This document shows positions 27,208 to 38,586 of a stretch of DNA of 64,000 nt, piece after piece (position 1 is the stretch's first letter; every line of letters begins with the position of its first letter). A model generated the notes under the pieces. It did no database searches, was not told the DNA's origin, and was given only the letters and a program-made list of their open reading frames with translations. The position numbers and the translations under genes were made by a program. This stretch comes from an uncultured virus (IMG/VR IMGVR_UViG_3300031760_000037) (lineage: Duplodnaviria; Heunggongvirae; Uroviricota; Caudoviricetes): the IMG/VR virus record IMGVR_UViG_3300031760_000037. One strand, given 5' to 3'.

Positions 27208-27501
27208 ATGTTTGGAGAAAATGCAGCATTTATAAAATCTGTCGAAATCGACGATAGTATCTTTCAATGCAATCCAGAATGTGCTAAAAAATATCTTCTC
27301 CAATTAGAATGGAGTAAAGATAATGAAGCATGGCAATGGAGAGTACTTAAAAAAGAAGATGTACTCACGTCAAACGGAGCTAGCGATAGTTCGGCAATCG
27401 AATCACTTCAATCAGAGATCCAAACTCTACAAGAAGCAGTTCAAGCTCAACAAGAATTAATCGGTCAGCTCACTGAAAGAATTGCAGTTCTTGAAGGATA
27501 A
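27208..27501 (+). CDS. Small protein with C-terminal coiled coil (97 aa)
   Basis: Intact track ORF ending in TAA; ...QQELIGQLTERIAVLEG. Confidence 0.8.
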   Translation: MFGENAAFIKSVEIDDSIFQCNPECAKKYLLQLEWSKDNEAWQWRVLKKEDVLTSNGASDSSAIESLQSEIQTLQEAVQAQQELIGQLTERIAVLEG

Positions 27502-27529
27502 TATTTTACATTCGTAATATAAACAACAA

Positions 27530-29998
27530 ATGTTTTGACTTTGGAATGAGTTATTCGGATTTCCAGTAAACAGTTGCGACTATGAAGCCATCGAATGTAA
27601 TAGAAGTTATATCCCTATCTTAAATCGGGATAACGATAATGAGTTCGTATGGTCATTAGCAGATCCTCTAGAATGAGGTATCGATGCTAAGAATGTCTCA
27701 TTCAGTACAAAGGATATCCAAAAATGGCCAGCTTCCATAACAAAAGTTGACCAAGCTCTAGAACATTTAATGAATTTAGTTAGTAATAAAAAATCTGTAC
27801 TAAAATCATTTGAATTAGCATTAGATGAAGATTGAGAAACTTTGAGTTGAACTATTACTTATCTTGATGATGCATGATGAGAATATTCTGTTGAGAGTTC
27901 AATCAACTTAAAATCAATTGTAGAATGATGGGAGACTATCACTTTACAAGAAATTACTGCTAATTCTATAACAGTTGATTCATGATCAATAACTACAGCA
28001 TCTATAACAAATGCTACTATTTGATCAGAAACTGTATGAGAATCAAATATCGCTAAAGCTACTATTTGAACTGAGACTGTAGAAAAATCTACAATAACAA
28101 AGCTTTGAGCATGACAAGCTCATGTTACTAGCTTAACTGCAGTTCAGGCAACAGTATCAAATGAATTTAATTCTAATGGTGCTGCGACATTTAATGGCGT
28201 AAATACTTTTAATACTGACATCCAAGCGAATTCAGATATTAATGTTGATTGAGAAGCTAATCTTAGAAGATTGAATGTAGCAGAAACTGCAACATTCGAT
28301 TGACAACTCAATGCTAATGAGAATGCTCAATTTGCTAAAAATATAAAAGTTAATTGAAATACTTCATTAGAAAATTTGAGTGTGAATAAATATTCTACAT
28401 TTAATGAGAAGTCAACATTTAATGAAGATGCTGTATTTAACGATACAGTTCAAGCAAACAGTAATGCTGAGTTCAATTGACATACTGATGTAAATACTTT
28501 TAGAGCTAAATGACAATCTACATTTAATGATGATGTCGATATAGACTGAAATCTAAATGTCGATTGAAATGAAGTAATAGAAGGTAATGCTAGAATCAAT
28601 TGAACTATGACTGTTTGAAAAGAAGCTGAGTTCAAAAAAAATGTTAATATGCAGCAATGATTAAATGTCGAAAGGAATATTGAAGCTTGAGGAAAGATGA
28701 TTACTCCTTGATTAGAAGTAACTAACAGAGCTACAATTGCTAATGAAGAAGTAGATAATTCTATTGTTAAAAAATTAACAGTAACTGAAGAACTTAATAT
28801 TCCAGACGAAGCTCTTGCTCCATTTCAAGCTAGATCTGAAAAAGATCAACCAAATGGATATGCATGACTAAATGCTGAATGAAAATTAGATGTTAACCAA
28901 CTTCCTGATGATGTTGCGAATGGTATGCACTATCGTGGAACTTGGGAACCTTCATCAGATTTTCCTGCAAACCCTAAACAATGAGATATGTATAAGGTTA
29001 TTGCTGATGGTGAAAAATCTTGAGTAGAATACCATGTTGGTGATGCTATTATTTATAATGGTAGAAGTTGGGACTTAATACCATCAGCTGATGATGTAGT
29101 ATCAGTTAATGGTAGAAAATGAGCTGTAATATGATTAGAAGAAATATCTAATAAAATAAATCATATTAACAAAGTTAGTCCTTCTTCTGATAAATATATT
29201 TCAGAAGTTGCTGCAGCAGAAGTTGTAAATCAAGTTGAAGATTTATCAGATGAATTAACTGTATTAACTCAAACAGTTTCTAATAAAGCAGATAAAGATA
29301 AAGTTTATACTAAAATAGAAGCTGATCAAAAAATGGAACAGGCGGTTGCCGAATCAGACGCATTCCAAGCATTAGAAAATGTTGTTAATACTAAAGCTTC
29401 TAAAGAGTATGTAGATTGACAACTTAATCTAAAAGCAAATGCATCTGATGTGTATGATAAAGATGTAATGGATCAACTCTTAGCAGATAAGGCACATATT
29501 AATCACACACATACAATTGCTGAAGTATCATGATTAGCTGATAGATTATGAACTATTGAATGAGCAGCTAGCGCTTTAGCTGATGAAGTAAATGATTTAG
29601 AAGCTGAAGTTAATACTGTAAAAGACGATATCATAACTATCAATAACGCATTAGATAACAAAGTTGATAAAGATCCATCTTGAAAAATTCCTATCGATGA
29701 ATTGCCTTCTAATGTTGTTACTACAGACACTCTTCCTGAAGCTATCAAAGCTGCTTTAACAACATCTATGATTGAAGCTAAATTATGAGTATCATTTAAA
29801 ACAATGATAATTCCTTTAATCTGAACTAACACTTGTTATACAGATTGATGGATTTCACAAAGAGCTAATGTTCTTTGGACTTGGACTGGTGAATTACAAT
29901 GACATATTTCATGGTCTGTTGAAGATTGAAAAGTTTGTGTTACTTCAACTACTACAGAAAATGGTAACTTTTATATCACTCTTGTCCAACAAGCTTAG
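27530..29998 (+). CDS. Long tail fibre protein (822 aa)
   Basis: Beta-helix-like ATFN/STFN repeats, EKDQPNGYAGLNAEGKL, YRGTW...GDMYKV, VVSVNGRKGAV, KADKDKVYTK and HTHTIAEVSGL fibre motifs. Confidence 0.8.
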
Positions 29999-30047
29999 GT
30001 GTTTATTTGTATAAACATATTTATTTATTCTTTAATGTTATTATAAC

Positions 30048-31127
30048 ATGGCAAATTTGACTAACACCCAATCAAGAGTTATTCCTCATACGCAGGATAT
30101 CTCTACAATTAATGGTCTTGAAACAAGACTATCAACTATCGAAGCTGCAGAAGGTACTGCCGCTAGTGACATTGATGCTCTAGAATGAAGAATGGATTCT
30201 GCTGAAAGTGCAATTGCGGATAGATACACAAAAGCTGAAACTGATTCTGCTATTTCATCTGCAGTATCATCTGTATATAAATACAAAGGAAGTGTTGCTA
30301 CTTATGCAGATCTTCCAGCATCATGACAAATTGTTGGTGATGTATATAATGTAGAAGCTGCAGATAAAACTCACGGAATTAAAGCTGGAGACAATGTAGC
30401 TTGGAATGGTTCTTCTTGGGACGTTCTATCTGGAACTGTTGATCTTAGTGACTACTACACTAAATCTGAAGTAGATAGAATAGTCGATGCAGTAGAAACT
30501 GATGTTACAGCATTAACTACTAGAGTAACTACAGCTGAAGGAGATATTGATGCTCTTGAAGGTAGAATGGATACTGCCGAAAGTGATATTGATGCAGTTG
30601 AAGGTAGATTAGATACTGATGAAGCAAACATTAGCTGATTACAAACTGATGTTTCTAACAGATATACTAAGACAGAAATCAATACTATGTCTTGACTAAA
30701 TAGTGCTTCTGCTGGATTTGTATCTAATACAGTTGCTGAAGGTGCTGATGGTAAAATTGCAGTAACTGCTGCTGATAATGTATCTATTGCTACAGCTGAA
30801 ACTAATAATAAAGCAGCTATCGCTGGATTAGCTACAGCTCATAACAATATAGTAGATAGATTAGAAGCTCTTGAGGAAGGAGATGATGAAAAAACTAAGT
30901 TCTTCTTAATCAACTTCTCTGGAACAGCTCACTCTTATTCTGATCCATTCTTCAAAGCTGATTCATTTGTTAACTACAACTTCAGCAAAGAACCTTCAGG
31001 ATATGTGTCTTTCTCTGTTGAAGAAGGTAAAGTTAATATTAGTTCATCAGCTGCTGAAACTAACTTAGTTATTAAAATAGAAGTAACTAATAATCCAAAA
31101 ACATTCACTGAATTATCAGCTGACTAA
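30048..31127 (+). CDS. Coiled-coil fibre/whisker protein (359 aa)
   Basis: DIDALEGRMDTAES heptad repeats, YKYKGSVATYADLP...GDVYNV module; strong codon bias. Confidence 0.8.
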
Positions 31128-31131
31128 TGTT

Positions 31132-31170
31132 AAAAAATGCCTAGCCTAGTTAGGCTAGGCATAGTTTTTT
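31132..31170 (+). terminator. Intrinsic terminator
   Basis: atgcctagccta-gt-taggctaggcat inverted repeat followed by a T run. Confidence 0.8.
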
Positions 31171-31192
31171 ATCTATTAAAATATAACATATA

Positions 31193-33580
31193 ATGGCTTC
31201 AAATTTGTCAAATACACAGAGTGCCGTAATACCACACAATCATCCAATTAGTGATATTACAAATTTAAGCACTCAACTTTGAAATAAACAAGATAAGTTA
31301 GAAGCATGAAGTAATATCTCAATCTGATCAGATTGAAAAACTATTTCCGCTATTGATACTAAATACTCGGCTTGAGCTAACATATCAATTGATTCTGATA
31401 ATAAAATTAATGCAATTGATACAAAATATGATAACGCAACTCAAACTGTAGCATGACTCATGTCTGCTAATGATAAGAAAAAATTGGATGGTATAGAAGA
31501 ATGAGCATGAGTAGCAAAAGTTACATGAGTAAAATGAGATGCGGAAACTAATTATAGAGAATGAAATGTCAATATTACAAAAAGTAATATTTGACTTTGA
31601 AATGTAGATAATACTTCAGACGCTAATAAACCTATCTCAACAGTAACACAAGCTGCTTTGGACTTAAAGCAGAACATTGCTGATATGCCAACAAAGTTGA
31701 CTGATTTTACTAATGATTGAGATTGAACAAATCCTTTCATAACTAAGGCAGTTAATGATCTAACTAATTATTATACTAAGACTCAGACATATACTAAATC
31801 AGAAGTGAATACTTTAATATCAAATTTTGGCTGATTTGAAGTTGTTGCAACATTGCCAACATCTGATATAAAATCGAATGTAATATATCTACTTTGACCT
31901 ATCTGAACAGGCGCTGATAAATATCAAGAATATATTTATTATAATAGCACTTGGACTTTGATTGGTGAGACTACTGTTGATCTCACTAATTATGCTACTA
32001 AAACTGAAGTTGAACAAGCATTAGGTAATAAATTAGATAAACCTACAAATCAAGATCAATGAACAGTTTGACAAGTATTAAAAAAAACTGCTAATGGTAG
32101 TGAATGGTGAGATGCACCTGCTACATGAGTAATATCAAGTAATAATACTTATGAAGATATGGTTCACTTATCACAAGCCGAATATGAAGCATTAGAAACT
32201 AAAGATCCTAATACATTCTATTCAACTCCAGATGATGAAAGTTGAGCATTTGAACCAGAAAATACTGGTAATACTTGAGATAAGTTAGAAAAGACCGCTA
32301 CAGGTTATCAATGGGTAGATGGAGAACTTGTAAAAATTACAGAAGGTGCTGATGATTATAGTGCTATGCAATGACCTGCTCCTGAGTGATTTCATATACC
32401 ATTATCTACTGAATGGCAATGAGTTAAAACTATAATGAATTGATTAGGTTTAACTACTTGAGACAAATATAGAATAAATTTACATTTACCTCTTTCATGA
32501 GTTCTTAGTTGGACAAACTGAAATATATCTAGTAGGTGAACACTTTGAAGATACTGGTGTTCTAATAATTACTATGCAACTGCAAGAATTATAACTATGA
32601 CTTCATCTTCATTTGTAGTAGATACATCTTCTCAAATGAGTTGATATAATATTAGACCATTTAAAGATTTATTTGTTGTCCCTAATAATACTTGGACAGT
32701 TATTCAATGAACATTATGAAGTGCTTGAATATTCCGAGATGAGACTAATTGACTAATATCTATAACATGAGATGGAACTACTTGATATACAATAGCCGAT
32801 AAAAACTTATGAGCTACTGTAGTATATAAAGACTGAGATACATTGTCAGAGAGTAATTGCTGAAAATTCTATCAACGATGAAATAATTATTGATTTCCAT
32901 TTACATGAGCAACTACAAAAAGCACTACAAAAGTAGATGCTTCATGATATTGACCATGAAACTATTATAGTTCATCAACATTTATTTATAGTACAGGGGA
33001 TGATTGAAATTGGAGTAGTGTCCAAAACGATAATCTCCGATGATGAGTAACTTGAATAATACCTTGATACGTTGATAAATATGCTTGATGAGAAAAAATC
33101 AACGAAGTCCCTACTGACTGAGCTGTTTGACAAGTATTAACTAAAACTAATGATGGTTATGAGTTTAAGAATAGTGATTATTTAGATTCTCCTTTCTATA
33201 AACTTTTAACTTGAAATTGGACAACATTATATACAGATACTTCTACTATACCAACTACTGCTGGTACTTGACAAATTTGAAGTTATCGTTATATTCAAAA
33301 TTATAAAATTTATAAAATAGAGATATATTACGAAGGTAATATAGTTTTAGAATATATAATGTTTGCATATCCTAATATGTCTCAAAAGGACTGTAATTAT
33401 GTTGTTAATACTTGAACTTTTGATGGTAGCCAAAATCCATTGCTATGGTTAATGGTTGGGTGTTGAGTTTGATATTCTAGCGGTAAAACATTCTTTCAGA
33501 AGCAAAGAACTGCGTACAAATTAAAGAATTGAACATATTGATGAGGTGCTGTTAAAGAAATTATTTATTGAATAAACTAA
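31193..33580 (+). CDS. Tail fibre with permuted C-type-lectin-like (Fib_succ_major/DUF1566-type) domain (795 aa)
   Basis: KQDKLEAGSNISI, GLMSANDKKKLDG, GLGNVDNTSDANKPIS, LSQAEYEALETKDPNTFY, then GPAPEGFHIP...RPFKD...IADKNLGAT...YQWG. Confidence 0.8.
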
Positions 33581-34660
33581 AAAAGACAGAATAACCTGAT
33601 TTTAATTATCTAACATAAAAAACTAATGGCTATATATAGATGAGATACTAAAGTATCTTGAATATGAAAAGGGTTTAGACCTGAGAATCCCTGAACAGAG
33701 GGACAGGTCTTAACCAAGACCGCCACTGGATATGCATATCAAGATGTTGAGGCATTGCCAGATTGAGGTGAGGTATGAAATAAACTTGCAAAGACTGCTA
33801 CTTGAAGTGAGTGGGTAGACTGAGAGTTGGTAGAAATAGAAGCTGATGATTATTCAGCTATGAAATGACCTGCTCCAGATGGATTTCACGTTCCTTTATC
33901 AACTGAGTGGCAATGACTTAAAACTATAATGGATTGATTGTCTCTAACTACTTGAGATGGTTGGAGAATTAATTTACATATGCCGTTTGCTGGTTACCGT
34001 AGTTCCTCTGATGCTAGCATCCTCGAGAGGGGTTCCCACGGTTACTATTGGTCGTCTTCTCCTTCTGCGTCTTCTTCTTCGGGCCGCGCCCGTTTCCTCT
34101 ATATGTATTCGTCAAAAGTCTACGCGGATTGGGACACCAAACGTTCTGGCGTGCACTCTGTCCGCTGTTTCAAAGATTCATATAAGACACCTACATCCTC
34201 TTGGACTGTAATAAATGGAACATTATGATGAGCTTGAATATTTCGAGATACAGTAAATTGACTAATCTCTATTACAGGAGATGGAACTACTTGATACACA
34301 ATACAAGACAAAAACCTATGAGCTACTACTGTGTATAATAACTGAGATACATTAACACAAGCTAATATGTGAAATATGTATCAATGGTGAAACAATTATT
34401 GATTTCCATCAACTTGAAGTGTAACAACTTCTAGCACACAAGTAGATGCAAGTTCATATTGACCTTGAAACTATTACTCTAGTTCTACGTTTATAACTGA
34501 AAGTGAGGATTGGAGTAGTGTAAAAAATGATAATCTCCGATGATGAGTAACTTGAGTATTAAATTCAAAGTATGCTTGAGGAGAAAAAATTGCAGAAGTT
34601 CCTAGTATATGAAAAACTTGACAAGTATTAACTAAAACTAATGATGGTTATGAATTTCAA
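32250..34660 (+). repeat. Paralogous ~0.9-kb duplication (about 32250-33170 vs 33675-34660)
   Basis: Collinear, near-identical peptides in the two adjacent fibre genes (GPAP.GFH.PLSTEWQG.KTIM, GLISITGDGTTGYTI.DKNLGAT, VDAS.YGPGNYYSSSTFI, GQVLTKTNDGYEF). Boundaries approximate. Confidence 0.85.
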
Positions 34661-34981
34661 AAAATGTGAAATTTCACAGATTATAATAAATCCGAGACAG
34701 TTGACAGAAAAAATGTATCCTGAGTTTATACTCTTAGCATATGAAAATCAATTCCAAGTAATTGAATATTGTTAATGCATATTTATGCTGAAAGGGGCGA
34801 CTATGATTATAATATTGATTTTGACGCTTGAACTTACAAAATATTCACTGCATTTTGTTGAAAAGTGTCACAATGATTTTTTGCTACATATCCTGTAACA
34901 AAATGACAAAGTACAATTCGTATGAATATGAGTTATGCTAAATTTACAATTAAGATTTTGTGATTTATACCAAATGCTTAA
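33626..34981 (+). CDS. Receptor-binding protein with permuted CLec-like domain, probable DGR target (451 aa)
   Basis: Contains track ORF 33980: LHMPFAGYR...GYYWSSS...GVHSVRCFKD; paralog of the upstream fibre domain. Confidence 0.8.
33985..34175 (+). other. DGR-type variable region (VR)
   Basis: By my count 33991-34170 is 53% GC and 14% A, with no A from 34048 to 34100. Encodes the G.R...YWSSS...SVRC ligand-binding segment with A-free constant codons. Confidence 0.75.
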
Positions 34982-35018
34982 AATTATATAAAACATTTTA
35001 ATTATCTAACATAAATCC

Positions 35019-35047
35019 AAAAAGCCTCTCTTATGAGAGGCTTTTTT
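35019..35047. terminator. Bidirectional intrinsic terminator
   Basis: aaaaagcctctc-ttat-gagaggctttttt between convergent genes. Confidence 0.85.
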
Positions 35048-35049
35048 AG

Positions 35050-35304
35050 TTACTTAATTCCAAATCTTCTACGAGCGTCCTTCTCCAAGAACTTCATAAG
35101 CACTGCTTCTTGCTTTTGAATATTAGTGACATAACGTTCAAACTTCTCAAATCATTCTGGAGTGTACCACTTAGTGGCGAATAATTTTTGAAGCTTTTTG
35201 CTGTTCTGTTTAATTAAAGAACAAGCGTCTGAACGAATAACACTACATTCCACACAGTACTTATGTCCGTGAGAATCTTTAGAACAAATAGCACATTCTA
35301 ACAT
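35050..35304 (-). CDS. Zn-finger protein (84 aa)
   Basis: MLECAICSKDSHGHKYCVEC... Confidence 0.7.
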
Positions 35305-35400
35305 TTTAATTAATTAAGAGAATAAAAGCGTAATACTTTTATTCTTAACCATTAAAACGATTACACTAGCGAGGATCTTCATAGAAGATCTCACGCTACA

Positions 35401-35481
35401 ATCATACTAATTATCTAATATAATTCAAGTGTAGCAGAGCTAAAAGCGATTTATTGCATAGTCAATAATTCTGGATACATT
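35401..35481. promoter_or_regulatory. Divergent sigma70-like promoters
   Basis: Minus TTGAAT-N16-TATGAT (35428-35401); plus TTGCAT-N16-TACATT (35454-35481). Confidence 0.45.
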
Positions 35482-35512
35482 ATAGTTGCTTTTATATTTT
35501 AACCATATAATC

Positions 35513-35731
35513 ATGGAAGAAATCAAAACCCGTTACTTTAATTGAAATGACATTTTAACTGATGTCGTAGCAGAGGATATGCTTCAAAGACCAGGTGAAG
35601 CTAAAGATATCCTAAAACACGTAATTAAATACGCAGGATTCCTTATGAAGAAAGAATATTTGGAACGCAAGTATCATCGCAAGTTCTGAGAGCTTTATGC
35701 TGAATACGACATTGATTTAGATCATAAATAA
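35513..35731 (+). CDS. Hypothetical protein (72 aa)
   Basis: MEEIKTRYFNG...DIDLDHK*. Confidence 0.7.
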
Positions 35732-35738
35732 TATCAAG

Positions 35739-35996
35739 ATGGATATGAATATGCTTATGACATTATTAAATCAATTCTGAGGTATCAAACAGAAATTACT
35801 TCAATTATGAGTAAATCCTGCTGATCTTCAGAATGTAAACTTTAATGATCCGTATGCTTTAAATGATCTTGCTTCTAAAATTATGCCAAATCTATTAAAA
35901 GCAAATCCTAATATTGCTAATATGATTAAACAGAATGCTAGTATGTTCTGAGAAGATAAAGCTAAAGAAGTGGCAGAGATTATAGATATGAACTAA
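35739..35996 (+). CDS. Hypothetical M/N/Q-rich protein (85 aa)
   Basis: MDMNMLMTLLNQFGGIKQ...LLKANPNIANM... Confidence 0.7.
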
Positions 35997-36081
35997 ACTT
36001 TTCGCAAAATGCGAAAAGCTGAATATGGTTATAGCTATGTAAAATAAAATTTCCTATTCTTTTACATTCTATTATATCGCC

Positions 36082-36639
36082 ATGGATTGAACAAACACAC
36101 AATTAGGATTCTGAGGCATGTGAACTTGGTTAATCATTCTAATCTTATTCTTATTTATGAGTAATGGTAATGGACTATTCTGAAATGGTTTCGGATGAGG
36201 TAATGCTTGAGCTTGGTTATTAAACGGTATGAACAATAATAACAATCATGACAACACCGTTGATCTAATAAACAACAATACTGCTTGGCAAAACCAATTA
36301 TTCAATCAACAGAATATCTCAAATCTAACTGCTCAAATGAATATGTGATTCTGTAATACTAATCAAAGTATTGAAAGAGCAGTATTAGCTGGTCAACAGA
36401 ACACAGCTCAAATCATAGCTTCTTCTGCAGCTAACGTTCAAAAAGTTTTAGATAAACTTTGCGAGCAGGAAACTGATAGATTGAGAACTGCTTTGGCTGA
36501 AGCTAGAGTGATCGCTCAAAACAATCAACAAACTAATGAATTGATTGCTAGACTATCTCCAACTCCAACACCTTCTTGGATCGTAGCAAGTCCATACACT
36601 TCAATCTATCCTCCCACAACAACCACAACAGCTGGGTAG
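36082..36639 (+). CDS. Conserved phage membrane-anchored protein of unknown function (185 aa)
   Basis: GFGGMGTWLIILILFLFM...GFGGG...ANVQKVLDKLCEQE...LSPTPTPSWIV, resembling a family I recall from gut-associated phages. Confidence 0.75.
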
Positions 36640-36727
36640 GACTATGACTAGCATAGCTAATCATACCCCAACATCTGTTGTGAACGATACGATTACACCG
36701 TCTTCTAAAAAGACATCTAAAAAAAAG

Positions 36728-36755
36728 AAAGCCTCAAAGTAATGAGGCTTTTTTT
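36728..36755. terminator. Intrinsic terminator
   Basis: aaagcctca-aagtaa-tgaggcttttttt. Confidence 0.8.
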
Positions 36756-36803
36756 ATATACTACCTAGTATAGTAGTTAAATAAAACAAATATAAGAAAT
36801 CAA

Positions 36804-37163
36804 TTAAGATTCATAATCACTTAATCTTTTATTTTCTTCTCTCAGACTTTTATTAACTTTTTCTTTATTATCTAAACATTGTTCTAAAAATCTGATTCTT
36901 TCTTGTAAGTCTTTTATAGTTTCTTCAGCTACACTCTTTTCATCCTGTGGAATTATATCTACTATCTTCTTCCGATATTCATTATCTTTTTTCAGTTGTC
37001 CGTTTTCTTCGGACAGCTTTTTATTCTGTTCTCTTAAATCTTCATCTCTTCTAATATAACTTAATAAGTCATCTTTCAGCTTTTTATTCTCTTGTTCTAA
37101 CTTTATATAAGTTGTAGAAGATACATATTGTTTTCAATTAAATTCATATATTATTGCTACCAT
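36804..37163 (-). CDS. Coiled-coil hypothetical protein (119 aa)
   Basis: Open with recoding; LEQENKKLK repeats. Confidence 0.7.
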
Positions 37164-37180
37164 CTCTAAATAATAAGAAT

Positions 37181-37423
37181 CTAAATTTTTTTTCTTATAG
37201 CATTTAACCATTCTCATATCTCAGCTTTAAGTCTTTTATTATCTTCTTTAAGTTCTTCATAATCTTTAAGTAAAGCTGTATATGCTTTATCTTTTGCTTC
37301 TATATGTAGTTTTAGCTTTATGTTTTCTTCTTCTAACTTCTTAATATATTCTTCTTTATCTCTTAATATCTCTTTCATTCATTCCATTTCTATTTCTGTA
37401 TAATACATTTCATCTAATCTCAT
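37181..37423 (-). CDS. Coiled-coil hypothetical protein (80 aa)
   Basis: MRLDEMYY...KLEEENIKLK... Confidence 0.65.
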
Positions 37424-37452
37424 TCTGTGTTAATAAGAATTAAAAGTCTGAT

Positions 37453-37581
37453 TTATTTCTTAAAATAACATATAATCATTATAATTAACGTGCATATTAC
37501 AGAGAATATAAGTCAGTATTTTAAATCTTCTGCAGTAGCACAAGCTAATCAATATCTTACTGGTATTAAATACTCACACAT
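37453..37581 (-). CDS. Small membrane protein (42 aa)
   Basis: C-terminal hydrophobic stretch LIFSVICTLIIMIICYF. Confidence 0.5.
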
Positions 37582-37582
37582 T

Positions 37583-37891
37583 TTACTTCAAAACACTAAC
37601 TAAAAACTCTATTGGATTATCTTGTATTGATAGAGCCATTAAAACTCTTTCAACTTTATTAAATTCTGATAAAGCAATTCTATTATCTAATTTCAATATG
37701 TCTATCTTATCATTATCTACTAATCGTTTAATAAATCAAAAAGATTTATTTTCTCGCCATACTGGTGCTGGATCATATTTTTCACCAGTAGATAAATTAG
37801 TTCATTTAACTCTTCTCTTTACTTCTCAATCTACAATAAGGTGTTCTAAAGGAGTGTCGTACTCATCCAATAATTTAATAAGTTCATCCAT
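37583..37891 (-). CDS. Hypothetical protein (102 aa)
   Basis: MDELIKLL...LMALSIQDNPIEFLVSVLK*. Confidence 0.65.
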
Positions 37892-37896
37892 TATTA

Positions 37897-38115
37897 TTAT
37901 TCTTCTTCTTGATCTAAAAAATGTGGTTCTCATTTTATAAGATACCATTGTCTAAATAGTTCAGCCATATCAGATTCTTTCTCTCTAATCTTCTTATGCA
38001 TTTCAACTATATCATTATGCAAGATCTTTAATTCTCTATCTATAGTATTAAGTATTTGTTGATCTTCCCGATCTTCCTTCTTATCTTGCCATTCTTTTAA
38101 TTTTTCTATCACCAT
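37897..38115 (-). CDS. Coiled-coil hypothetical protein (72 aa)
   Basis: Track ORF 37930-38166 with internal start MVIEKLK, extended through TGA. Confidence 0.6.
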
Positions 38116-38414
38116 GTTTGTGCTCAAGTAGTAATATAAATAGGAGCTTTTACATTCTTGGCTCAATCTTGACTATTAATAAAAGCTGCTAGCTTAGACC
38201 ATCTTTCAGCATCTTCTTTAACAGCCTTCTCTAATGCTTCAATCTTTTCATCCTTCTCAGAAATTTGCTTTTGTAATCTTTCAATCTCAAATTTTTGATC
38301 CTCATAATCGTGCTTATAACGATTATTACTACCTCTTAAAGATTCGATAGTATTTTCCTTTTCATCGATTTTTTTATAAAGACTCTCGATTAAGTCTTGC
38401 ATGTATTTATCCAT
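38106..38414 (-). CDS. Coiled-coil hypothetical protein (102 aa)
   Basis: Track ORF 38163-38417 extended through TGA to TAG. Confidence 0.65.
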
Positions 38415-38520
38415 CACTCCATATGGTTAAAATATAAAATCAATTTCTATATAGCAATTTAAAAACAAATTGCAAGTCTAAAATCACATAACGTGCCACT
38501 TTAGACATCTCGCTTACGAT

Positions 38521-38548
38521 TTGCATTCTCTAAAAATATAACTATAAT
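38521..38548 (+). promoter_or_regulatory. Sigma70-like promoter of the lysis cassette
   Basis: TTGCAT-N16-TATAAT about 40 nt upstream of the holin ATG. Confidence 0.55.
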
Positions 38549-38586
38549 TATGTTAGTTAAATTTTTATTTTTTTCTTTGTTATACT

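Larger units (their letters stand above)
33599..35015 (+). repeat. 21-bp perfect direct repeat flanking the DGR-target gene
   Basis: ATTTTAATTATCTAACATAAA at 33599-33619 and 34995-35015. Confidence 0.85.

Noticed and set aside
1724..31740. Minus-strand track ORFs over the structural region, and plus-strand track ORFs over 44-63 kb
   Set aside because: Antisense shadows of real genes; F/S/L/I-rich with no motifs.
33957..34211. Alternate-frame ORF over the variable region
   Set aside because: Explained by adenine depletion removing stop codons.
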